From: Bacteroidota bacterium
GTDB lineage: Bacteria; Bacteroidota; Bacteroidia; Chitinophagales; BACL12
Length of the DNA stretch: 64,000 bases
Direction: 5' to 3'
NCBI GenBank assembly: GCA_016706865.1
Contig: JADJIS010000002.1
Span: forward strand, 1,236,720-1,300,719
Shown: one piece after another, positions 57,151 to 64,000 of the stretch
Layout: every line of letters begins with the position of its first letter
Numbering within the stretch: the first letter of the stretch is position 1
The notes under the pieces: generated by a model
Seen by the model: only the letters and a program-made list of their open reading frames with translations
The model's database searches: none
Told to the model about the DNA's origin: nothing
Translations under genes and position numbers: made by a program

Positions 57151-57337
57151 GAGCTCCACACTGTGTTAGGCAGTGTCTTCACAAGGAATTAAACAAAGCA
57201 TGATGTGTTATTTATTTTGATTATTTGAATAATCATTTGGTGATAATATTATGGTGAGACGCTGCTGTATTCATGATCGGCAGCGACTCACGGCTGGTTT
57301 ATTTTAATTGTGTGAAGACACTGCCTTTGCAGTCTCT

Positions 57338-57364
57338 AAAAAAAAATCCCGCCAAAAGGCGGGA
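57338..57364 (-). terminator. Rho-independent terminator for the 57392..59479 gene
   Basis: The minus strand reads tcccgcc-tttt-ggcggga followed by T9. Confidence 0.85.
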
Positions 57365-57391
57365 CCCACATCAAAATGAATAAAGCGATCA

Positions 57392-59479
57392 CTATTTAAT
57401 TAACGTAACCTGCTTTACTGTTACTGCGCTATGAGAAATAAATCTTAAAAGATATTCGCCGGAATTCAGGTTAGAAATGTTTATTTCATTGGAGGCTCCG
57501 TTGAGAATATCGGTGGTTAATTTTTGTCCGAGTGTATTGTAAACTTCTACATTAAGATCTTCGTATAATTCAGAAGTTTCAATATGTAAAATACCTGTAG
57601 TTAAAGTTGGAAATACAGAGATATTTAACTGAGGTAAGGCATTAACAATGTCGGTTTGGGTTACTTCAATAGTTTTGCAACTTTGATCGTCACCATACTT
57701 ATTTTCAGCATTTAAACATACCAGAAAATTTCCGGTTGTTGTATATGCGTGCAAAGGTTCAAATTGTGTAGATGTAGAACCATCACCAAAATCCCAATTA
57801 TAAGTATCGGCGTCAACACTTAAATTATTAAATGTGAAAACATTTGCAGCAGCGCTATAATCATATTCTGCTGTTGGATCATAAGGTTCAAATCTGCTGT
57901 AATCAAAAGCGCGGTATAATACATCGTTGTCTAATGTAATTGCATCCGGAGCAGTTGTTTCGGTGGAAGTTCCCGGATCCTGATCTTGTTGCCATAATAC
58001 ATGTACTTTATTACTGATAGTGCTCCAATAAACGGCAGGATTTACATTTTCAAAATTCTGTTCTGCAACATAAGTTAAATTAATTGGAGGCGACCAACTA
58101 ATTCCTCCGTCGGTAGAATAAAATCCAAACAGATCTCTGAATGATTGAGCTTCGGCAACAGTAGGATCATCAAAATAATCGGTGAATTCAACGGGATGTG
58201 TATACACAACATATATATATCCGGTGAGTGGATCAACAGTTGCTGATGCCTGTGAAGTAAATCCGCAACCATAATTCGGAAGGTCGGCACCAATTCCTAA
58301 AAACGGATCACCATCTTCATCCCAATCAACTAATGCAAAATCAAGATATTGAACACTATCAGCACCAAAAGATTCATTCCAGTACCATAATCCTGTTACA
58401 CCGGGAAAATAACTCCATCCATCATCATCAGGAGTAACATCTAATATTCGTGTTGCTCCGGTCCATACATGCATCATTCCACTATTATCAATTGCCAGTG
58501 CTATATTTCCATCTTGTGAAGTAATGGTATCGGCAACTCCATCAGCATCAATATCTGAAATGGTATTTCCATTGAAATTCGGAATAGGCCATTCAATTAA
58601 TCTTGTTCTTGTCCATGAACCTATATCTCCATTTGAATTTGATTTCCAAACTGCAAGGTCATTAATATTTTCTCCGGCTGCAATATATACATTATCACCT
58701 ATTGCGCGAATAGTATAACATTCTGCACCCATTATACTATATCCATTTGCAGTATCAATTCCTGGTAAACGGAAATGTGTAATATCCCAGGTTGCACCAC
58801 CATCTGAAGAACGATAATATAACATATAATCATTTTCATTTGCGGCATCATCGTTGGCCGCTAATAAATGAATATAATTGGAACCCTGGGCACATGCTGC
58901 GCGAGGCCATGTTCCATGTAATAACAATGAATTTGCATCTTCTGTCCAATTAGTTGATCCGGTAGCATCATTTTTAAATATAACAAGATTGTTACTTCCG
59001 TCATGAGCAAAATACATTTCATGATCTCCAACATTTATCATTGCAGGAAATCCTGTTCTGTAATCTTCGATACGCGTATCAGGAATTGCACCCCAATTTG
59101 CACCATCATAATTATTAAAAAATGTTCCGCGATCAGTTCTTGCTTCTGCCGTGCTTGTAGAACCTGTCCATACGGCAGAAACTTTATTATCGGGATATAC
59201 CAATAATCTGTTTGGTGCCGATGCATTTGTTACCAGATCGTAGGAGCTATAACCAACATAATCGCCGGCTACTCTTGAACCATTTGATATTTTATAAAAA
59301 CTTTGATCTTGTAAAGGAACTCCTTCCCGATCTTTTGCATATTGCATATAACTTTTATCAGAAACTGCAATAGTAGTTTTTTTCAACGCTGCTTGTTTAT
59401 CAGCGGTGGCGTTTTGTGCTATTACACCATTTATGGTGGATAGAGCAAGGATGATGTAGACAATTTTTTTCATAGCCAT
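57392..59479 (-). CDS. BNR/Asp-box beta-propeller-like protein with a PKD domain and a T9SS C-terminal sorting domain
   Basis: Asp-boxes SSDGGATW and STDGGISW. YNWDFGDGSTS...HAYTTTGNFLVCLNAENKYG is the PKD domain. The C-terminal VFPTLTTGILHIE...GEYLLRF is the CTD. Confidence 0.7.
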   Translation of the reverse strand: MAMKKIVYIILALSTINGVIAQNATADKQAALKKTTIAVSDKSYMQYAKDREGVPLQDQSFYKISNGSRVAGDYVGYSSYDLVTNASAPNRLLVYPDNKVSAVWTGSTSTAEARTDRGTFFNNYDGANWGAIPDTRIEDYRTGFPAMINVGDHEMYFAHDGSNNLVIFKNDATGSTNWTEDANSLLLHGTWPRAACAQGSNYIHLLAANDDAANENDYMLYYRSSDGGATWDITHFRLPGIDTANGYSIMGAECYTIRAIGDNVYIAAGENINDLAVWKSNSNGDIGSWTRTRLIEWPIPNFNGNTISDIDADGVADTITSQDGNIALAIDNSGMMHVWTGATRILDVTPDDDGWSYFPGVTGLWYWNESFGADSVQYLDFALVDWDEDGDPFLGIGADLPNYGCGFTSQASATVDPLTGYIYVVYTHPVEFTDYFDDPTVAEAQSFRDLFGFYSTDGGISWSPPINLTYVAEQNFENVNPAVYWSTISNKVHVLWQQDQDPGTSTETTAPDAITLDNDVLYRAFDYSRFEPYDPTAEYDYSAAANVFTFNNLSVDADTYNWDFGDGSTSTQFEPLHAYTTTGNFLVCLNAENKYGDDQSCKTIEVTQTDIVNALPQLNISVFPTLTTGILHIETSELYEDLNVEVYNTLGQKLTTDILNGASNEINISNLNSGEYLLRFISHSAVTVKQVTLIK

Positions 59480-59574
59480 AGTTTAATTTTTTAAACAATG
59501 GCGGAAAAGTATTTCTTCTTTTCACATTTAAAACCTGATTTATGTCATTTAAGATTTCCTTTGTGTTAATTAAC

Positions 59575-59603
59575 AAAAAACCCCCGCAATGCGAGGGTTT
59601 TTT
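59575..59603 (-). terminator. Rho-independent terminator for the 59625..61709 gene (A6-hairpin-T6, symmetric)
   Basis: aaaaaa-cccccgc-aat-gcgaggg-tttttt (7-bp stem with one mismatch). Confidence 0.6.
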
Positions 59604-59624
59604 GTTAATTATTTTAAGTTAATA

Positions 59625-61709
59625 TTATTTACCAACTGTAATCTGACGAGAAGTGAACGCACCATCTTGTGAGTAAACTTTCACAATATAATTACCGGAA
59701 GCTAAAGTTGTAACATCAAAATTTACAGAACCTGTAAATGCTGATGTGTTAATTACTTTTTCTCCCAATGCATTATACATTTCAGCGAACATAGTTCCGA
59801 AATTACCTTCTACATTAACTGTTACATTTGTTGTAGCAGGTGTAGGGTAAACAGATATTGCCTGATCTAATGCGTAATTGATTACTGCAATAACACCGGA
59901 TACTGTGATTACTTTACATGTATTATCATCGTCATATTTATTCGTTGCAACTAAACATACATTGTAATCGCCATCAGCTGCATAAACATGTGAAGGATTT
60001 TTCAATGTTGAATTTCCACCATCACCAAAATCCCAGCTGTATTGATCAGCATCAACTGATAAGTTAGCAAAGCTCACTAAACCAGCATCAGGAGTATAAT
60101 CGAACTCAGCTGTTGGCGGGTATGGATTAAAACGTTCTTCATCGAAACAACGATATTTAATATCGTTCATACCATCAGCATCAGGAGCATTCGTATCTAA
60201 CGAAGTACCTGGCTCTCTATCTTCCATCCAAATTGTGTGAACGCAATCATTAACCATTCTGTCGTAGCAATATGGTAATACACTTTCATATTGTTCGTGA
60301 GCTGTATAGGTCATATTTATTGGAGCTGACCATGAAAGTCCGCCATCATCTGAATATGTTCCGAAAATATCACGGAAAGATTGAGCTTCTGCAACAGTTG
60401 GATCATCAAAATAGTCGGTATATTCAATCGGATGTGTATACATTAAATATATTCTGCCTGATGTTTCATCAATAGCAACATTCGGCATTGATGTGAATGT
60501 AACGCCATCATACATACCAAGATCGGCACCAATTCCTAAGAATGGATCACCATCTTCATCCCAGTCAACTAAAAGACCATCCATATACATTGGTGCACCT
60601 GCAGCCATTGTAGAATTCCAATACCATAAACCGGAAAGACTTGGGAAATAACTCCAACCTTCAGCTACATCATCATCCAATAACCAGTAGTAACCTGACC
60701 AAATATGAAGAACACCATCATCACCTAACACCATTTCGTGGAAACCATCTGTAGTTTCAATTGTATCTGCAATACCATCTCCATTAACATCAGAGGTTTG
60801 ATCTGCATCACCTTGGTAATTACATAAACCGGTTTCAATAATTGTTTGGCTTGTCCATGTTCCAGGATCACCGTTAGAAGTAGAAGTTAATAGAACAAGA
60901 TTAGTCCAAGAAGAACCATAAAGTATATAAACAGTGCTTCCATCAACAGCTATTTGGTAGCAGTCAGCTGATAAAGCGCCGAAACATGTGCCTGCATCTA
61001 AAGGCAAAGTTGAATTCAATACAGTATATGTAGCTCCACCGTCATCAGATCTTGAAAAATTTATTGCTGTAGGTGTAGCTGTATTTGGGCTTACTAAGTA
61101 GATATCATCAGTTCCAACCGGTACATAAGCACGTGGCCAAAGACCGAGGTGTTGACCTGAAACTGGAAGGCTTGTCCAATCAGTGTTTCCAATTTCTGAA
61201 TTTGCAAACAAATTGATAGAAGCTCCATCGTGAGATATTACAACTTCATGATCCATAACTGTATAAATACCACCGAAACCAGAACGAACTGGTTCAACTC
61301 TTGCTGTTGGAGCTGCACCCCAGGATGTTCCGTCATAAAAATTATAGAACATACCTCTGTCATCCCAAACGTGATCTGCAACGGTCGAGCCGGTCCAAAT
61401 AACTGAAATTGTACCATCGTCATAAGCTCTTACGCGATCCATCGCAGCAGAGTTAGTTTGCAGGTCATAGCCGGTAGATCCCACAATTTCGCCTGTGCGT
61501 AAACCTGACTTTGCATAAAATGTTTCATTGTTACTAGGTACTCCGGTAGTAGCATCATCTTTTGCTACCGGGTGGTAAGGCACTGCAGTTGCAGTTTTAA
61601 ATTTCTGCATCAATGCAGCCTTGTCATGGGTTTTAGTCTGAATTGCAGACTGTGCAAACAAACTTACAGATAGTAAGCCCGTTGCAAATAAAAGTATTAA
61701 TTTTCTCAT
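59625..61709 (-). CDS. BNR/Asp-box beta-propeller-like protein with a PKD domain and a T9SS C-terminal sorting domain (paralogue of 57392..59479)
   Basis: SDDGGATY and SDDGGLSW. YSWDFGDGGNS...HVYAADGDYNVCLVATNKYD is the PKD domain. The long shared block LVDWDEDGDPFLGIGADL...YTHP(I/V)E(Y/F)TDYFDDPTVAEAQSFRD is present. VYPTPATTNVTVNV...GNYIVKV is the CTD. Confidence 0.7.
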   Translation of the reverse strand: MRKLILLFATGLLSVSLFAQSAIQTKTHDKAALMQKFKTATAVPYHPVAKDDATTGVPSNNETFYAKSGLRTGEIVGSTGYDLQTNSAAMDRVRAYDDGTISVIWTGSTVADHVWDDRGMFYNFYDGTSWGAAPTARVEPVRSGFGGIYTVMDHEVVISHDGASINLFANSEIGNTDWTSLPVSGQHLGLWPRAYVPVGTDDIYLVSPNTATPTAINFSRSDDGGATYTVLNSTLPLDAGTCFGALSADCYQIAVDGSTVYILYGSSWTNLVLLTSTSNGDPGTWTSQTIIETGLCNYQGDADQTSDVNGDGIADTIETTDGFHEMVLGDDGVLHIWSGYYWLLDDDVAEGWSYFPSLSGLWYWNSTMAAGAPMYMDGLLVDWDEDGDPFLGIGADLGMYDGVTFTSMPNVAIDETSGRIYLMYTHPIEYTDYFDDPTVAEAQSFRDIFGTYSDDGGLSWSAPINMTYTAHEQYESVLPYCYDRMVNDCVHTIWMEDREPGTSLDTNAPDADGMNDIKYRCFDEERFNPYPPTAEFDYTPDAGLVSFANLSVDADQYSWDFGDGGNSTLKNPSHVYAADGDYNVCLVATNKYDDDNTCKVITVSGVIAVINYALDQAISVYPTPATTNVTVNVEGNFGTMFAEMYNALGEKVINTSAFTGSVNFDVTTLASGNYIVKVYSQDGAFTSRQITVGK

Positions 61710-61870
61710 AGCTTAAAAATTTCGTTTTAAAACAGTTTTTGTAAAGGTATAAAGTTAATGTTAATTTATGTAAAATGGTTTAAAAATCGGTTAAAATTTA
61801 ACTATTTGGAAAAAATGACATTTTTAATACATTAAGGTGGGGGAAGGGGCAGATCTTACTTTTTTGAATT

Positions 61871-61968
61871 TTGGTCAGGAGGCATTGGTCAGAGGTAATG
61901 GTCAGGAGGCAATGGTCGGGAGGCAATGGTCAGGAGGCAATGGTCAGGAGTCATTAGTCAGGAGGAAA
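61871..61968. repeat. Seven tandem 14-mers TGGTCAGGAGGCAA (two heptamer periods each)
   Basis: ttggtcaggaggca ttggtcagaggtaa tggtcaggaggcaa tggtcgggaggcaa tggtcaggaggcaa tggtcaggagtcat tagtcaggaggaaa. Confidence 0.9.
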
Positions 61969-61973
61969 AATTT

Positions 61974-62545
61974 CGGGATCGTGAAAAAGTGGATTCAAGA
62001 TTGATGAAATGAGTAATGAGTTATGAGTAATGAGTTTGATCCACTTAGCCAAAAATGTGAGGGTCTACCTAAAACTCTAAGGTTGGCCGAAACGGGATCA
62101 CGATTCACGAAATGAGTAATGAGTAATGAGTAATGAGTTTGATCCACTTAGCCAAAAATGTGATGGTCTATCTAAAACTCTACGGTTTGCCGAAACGGGA
62201 TCACGATTCACGAAATGAGTTATGAGTTATGAGTAATGAGTTTGATCCACTTAGCCAAAAATGTGACGGTCTACCTAAAACTCTAAGGTTGGCCGAAACG
62301 GGATCACGATTCACGAAATGAGTAATGAGTTATGAGTAATGAGTTTGATCCACTTAGCCAAAAATGTGATGGTCTATCTAAAACTCTACGGTTGGCCGAA
62401 ACGGAATCACGATTCACGATTCACGAAATGAGTAATGAGTGATGAGTAATGAGTTGATCCTCTTAGCCGAAAATATGATTGTTTATATAAAACTCTATGG
62501 TTAGTCAAAACGGATTCACGATTGACGATTCACGATTGACGATTA
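61974..62545. repeat. Tandem array of ~5 units of 103 bp (first 119, last 109, then a partial unit), each built from (CACGATT)2, (ATGAGTA)3 and a ~60-nt unique core
   Basis: The CGGGATCA unit heads at 62093, 62196 and 62299, and the variant head CGGAATCA at 62402, give an exact 103-bp period. Units differ by a few substitutions. Confidence 0.95.
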
Positions 62546-62585
62546 AAACAAACAGAAGTTGAATAAATGATTAATAGGAATTGGG

Positions 62586-62621
62586 CAAAAAAAAAGGAGA
62601 CCAAAACTGATCTCCTTAATT
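62586..62621 (-). terminator. Rho-independent terminator for the histone-H1-like gene
   Basis: The minus strand reads aaggaga-loop-tctcctt followed by T9 (A9 on + at 62587-62595). Confidence 0.7.
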
Positions 62622-62638
62622 TTTTTAAGCTACTAATT

Positions 62639-63004
62639 TTACATAGCACCACCATTTCCGTTTGCCGGAGGTGCTGCAGTTGTTTTAGCTTTTTTAGCAC
62701 CGGCTTTCTTCGTTGCTTTTTTCTTTGGAGCCGGAGCTTTACTTTTTTTCGTTGCTTTTTTACCAGCTTTCTTAGCAGCTTTTTTTGCTGCAGGACGACC
62801 GCGTTTACCAGCTTTTTTTGCAGCAGCTTTTTTAGGAGCTTTTTTTGCAGCAGCTTTTTTAGCAACTTTTTTAGGAGCAGCTTTTTTAGCAGTAGCTTTT
62901 TTTGCAGTCTTCTTAACTGATTTCTTAGCTACTTTTTTTGCAGCAGCTTTTTTGCCGGCAGGACGTCCACGTTTGCCAGCTGATTTTTTTGTTGATTTTG
63001 CCAT
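62639..63004 (-). CDS. Histone-H1-like Lys/Ala-rich basic protein with two AT-hook (KRGRP) cores
   Basis: MAKSTKKSAGKRGRPAGKKAAAKK...AGKRGRPAAKKAAKK.... Length is 121 aa. The other long ORFs over this region are alternative frames of the same low-complexity DNA. Confidence 0.75.
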   Translation of the reverse strand: MAKSTKKSAGKRGRPAGKKAAAKKVAKKSVKKTAKKATAKKAAPKKVAKKAAAKKAPKKAAAKKAGKRGRPAAKKAAKKAGKKATKKSKAPAPKKKATKKAGAKKAKTTAAPPANGNGGAM

Positions 63005-63401
63005 TGGAAAAATATTTGGTTATTGCAAAATTATACATAAATTTATATTATCAAAAAAAAAATAAAAAATAATTGTTGATTTTCACATGTTTTGCACATT
63101 ATAGTATACAAACCATTATCTAATTTATCCTTTTAAACGGTTTTATGTGATTTAACTAGTGTTTTATACTTACCATTTATCAATTTTCAACTTCTCATTT
63201 TTCCAAAATTGACTTTTCATTGTGCATAAAGATTTTCGAATGCACATGTAAAAATTGCTTTTATAGTTGTTTTGAATACTTAAGTTGATATATGTCATTC
63301 TAAAATTTACAAATCCGGATACATCTATTTTGGTTTTTGCAAAGAATTCAAAGGGCATCAATTTTACCATTCACAAGTAATGAACAACAATATTTTTTGA
63401 A

Positions 63402-63908
63402 TCAGAGGTTGGTATTTTCTATTTCTCTGGTATATGCGATATAGTCGGTGGATATCAAATTAGTGAAACCAATCCCTCTCAACATGGTTATGATCTGACC
63501 TCTGTGATAAGTTGAATGGTTCATGCAATGTAAAATGATCTGCCAGTGTTTTGTTTGATTATCGTTTCCATTTAATGTTTTATAAAAACATGTAGTGGTG
63601 AAATACGTTTCACTGCGTGATTGTATGAATCGTTGAAAGTCGATGGACTGTTGAATAAAATATAGATCGTAACCTGCAAATGCAGCGTCGTATTCTTTGC
63701 TGGGCCATGTGTTGAGCGATATGCCCTGCAGGCGGTTCAGCCATATCACCTGTGCATCCCATATATGATAAATAGTTTTTCGGATACTTGGGAAACTGCT
63801 TTCCATATGTTTATCGATAATATCTTCGGGCGATGATTGTATCAATTCAACTACCCGTTTGTTTGCCCAAACATTATAATCGCAGAGGGATGTTAATAGA
63901 GATTTCAT
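63402..63908 (-). CDS. DinB-family (four-helix-bundle, putative metal-binding) protein
   Basis: LCDYNVWANKRVVELI at the N-terminus, with conserved His positions (HIWDAQ, HCMNHSTYHRGQI). Confidence 0.8.
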   Translation of the reverse strand: MKSLLTSLCDYNVWANKRVVELIQSSPEDIIDKHMESSFPSIRKTIYHIWDAQVIWLNRLQGISLNTWPSKEYDAAFAGYDLYFIQQSIDFQRFIQSRSETYFTTTCFYKTLNGNDNQTKHWQIILHCMNHSTYHRGQIITMLRGIGFTNLISTDYIAYTREIENTNL

Positions 63909-64000
63909 ATTATTACTTTTAAATCAGGAACTAATGTAAGAAAACAAAATGATAAATGTTAGTTAGCTGCAGGTAACAGTTGTGTTGGAATCAATTCGAA

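Noticed and set aside
61974-62545. Possible CRISPR array (regularly spaced repeats)
   Set aside because: The 103-bp units are contiguous, near-identical direct repeats with no unique spacers between them. No cas genes lie nearby and the repeat is far longer than CRISPR repeats.
62530-62920. ORFs 62530..62865 (-) and 62567..62920 (+) overlapping the H1-like gene
   Set aside because: They are alternative frames or strands of the same Lys/Ala-codon low-complexity DNA. Only the 62639..63004 frame gives an H1/AT-hook-like protein with a sensible start and terminator.
1-64000. tRNA, rRNA, tmRNA or RNase P genes
   Set aside because: I scanned GC-richer patches for T-arm (GGTTCGAATCC-like) and acceptor features and found none. 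Patches checked include 5925-6012, 14440-14500 and 17336-17375. Those that exist are explained as hairpin repeats.

Overview
AT-rich (about one-third GC by eye) chromosomal segment from a Bacteroidota genome. The assignment rests on a SusC/SusD pair, many C-terminal T9SS sorting domains, the ftsX-DUF3098-uppP-truB gene order and TAnnTTTG-like promoter boxes. No tRNA, rRNA or CRISPR array was recognised.

Layout:
(1) 1-9 kb is a housekeeping block: holA, ribF, an ArnT/PMT-like glycosyltransferase, truB, uppP, DUF3098, ftsX and leuS. Five of these genes carry apparent frameshifts.
(2) 9-20 kb holds HMG-CoA lyase, an IS3-like insertion sequence, a beta-lactamase-family hydrolase, a CotH/LTD T9SS protein and a DUF4139 protein.
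(3) 20.2-35.4 kb is a same-strand locus with no glycoside hydrolase. It encodes Lrp, SusC, SusD, two aldehyde dehydrogenases, two class-III aminotransferases, an NhaC transporter, a GNAT and an amidohydrolase. I read it as a non-glycan, PUL-like amine or omega-amino-acid utilisation locus.
(4) 35.5-47.8 kb is the most unusual part. It holds six tandem, individually terminated T9SS-cargo genes assembled combinatorially from a handful of modules: a Cys-rich NIDO-like head, a GEVED head, CARDB, an uncharacterised ~205-aa alpha/beta-like module, FN3 and the T9SS CTD. One ~970-bp tract is near-identical between two of the genes.
(5) 47.9-64 kb holds queE, folD, lepA, an RDD protein, an HhH outer-membrane protein plus PorQ-like barrel operon, an LVIVD T9SS protein, two paralogous BNR/PKD T9SS proteins, an AT-hook histone-H1-like protein and a DinB protein.

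Almost every larger intergenic region is filled with a recurring set of tandem heptamers and composite repeats built from them. Examples are GGACATA, GTAGGAA, GATAATT, CACGATT, ATGAGTA, CAGAACY and a perfect (CAGTGGG)14. All calls come from reading the sequence and the ORF translations. No alignments, HMM searches or folding programs were run, and identity statements are by eye.
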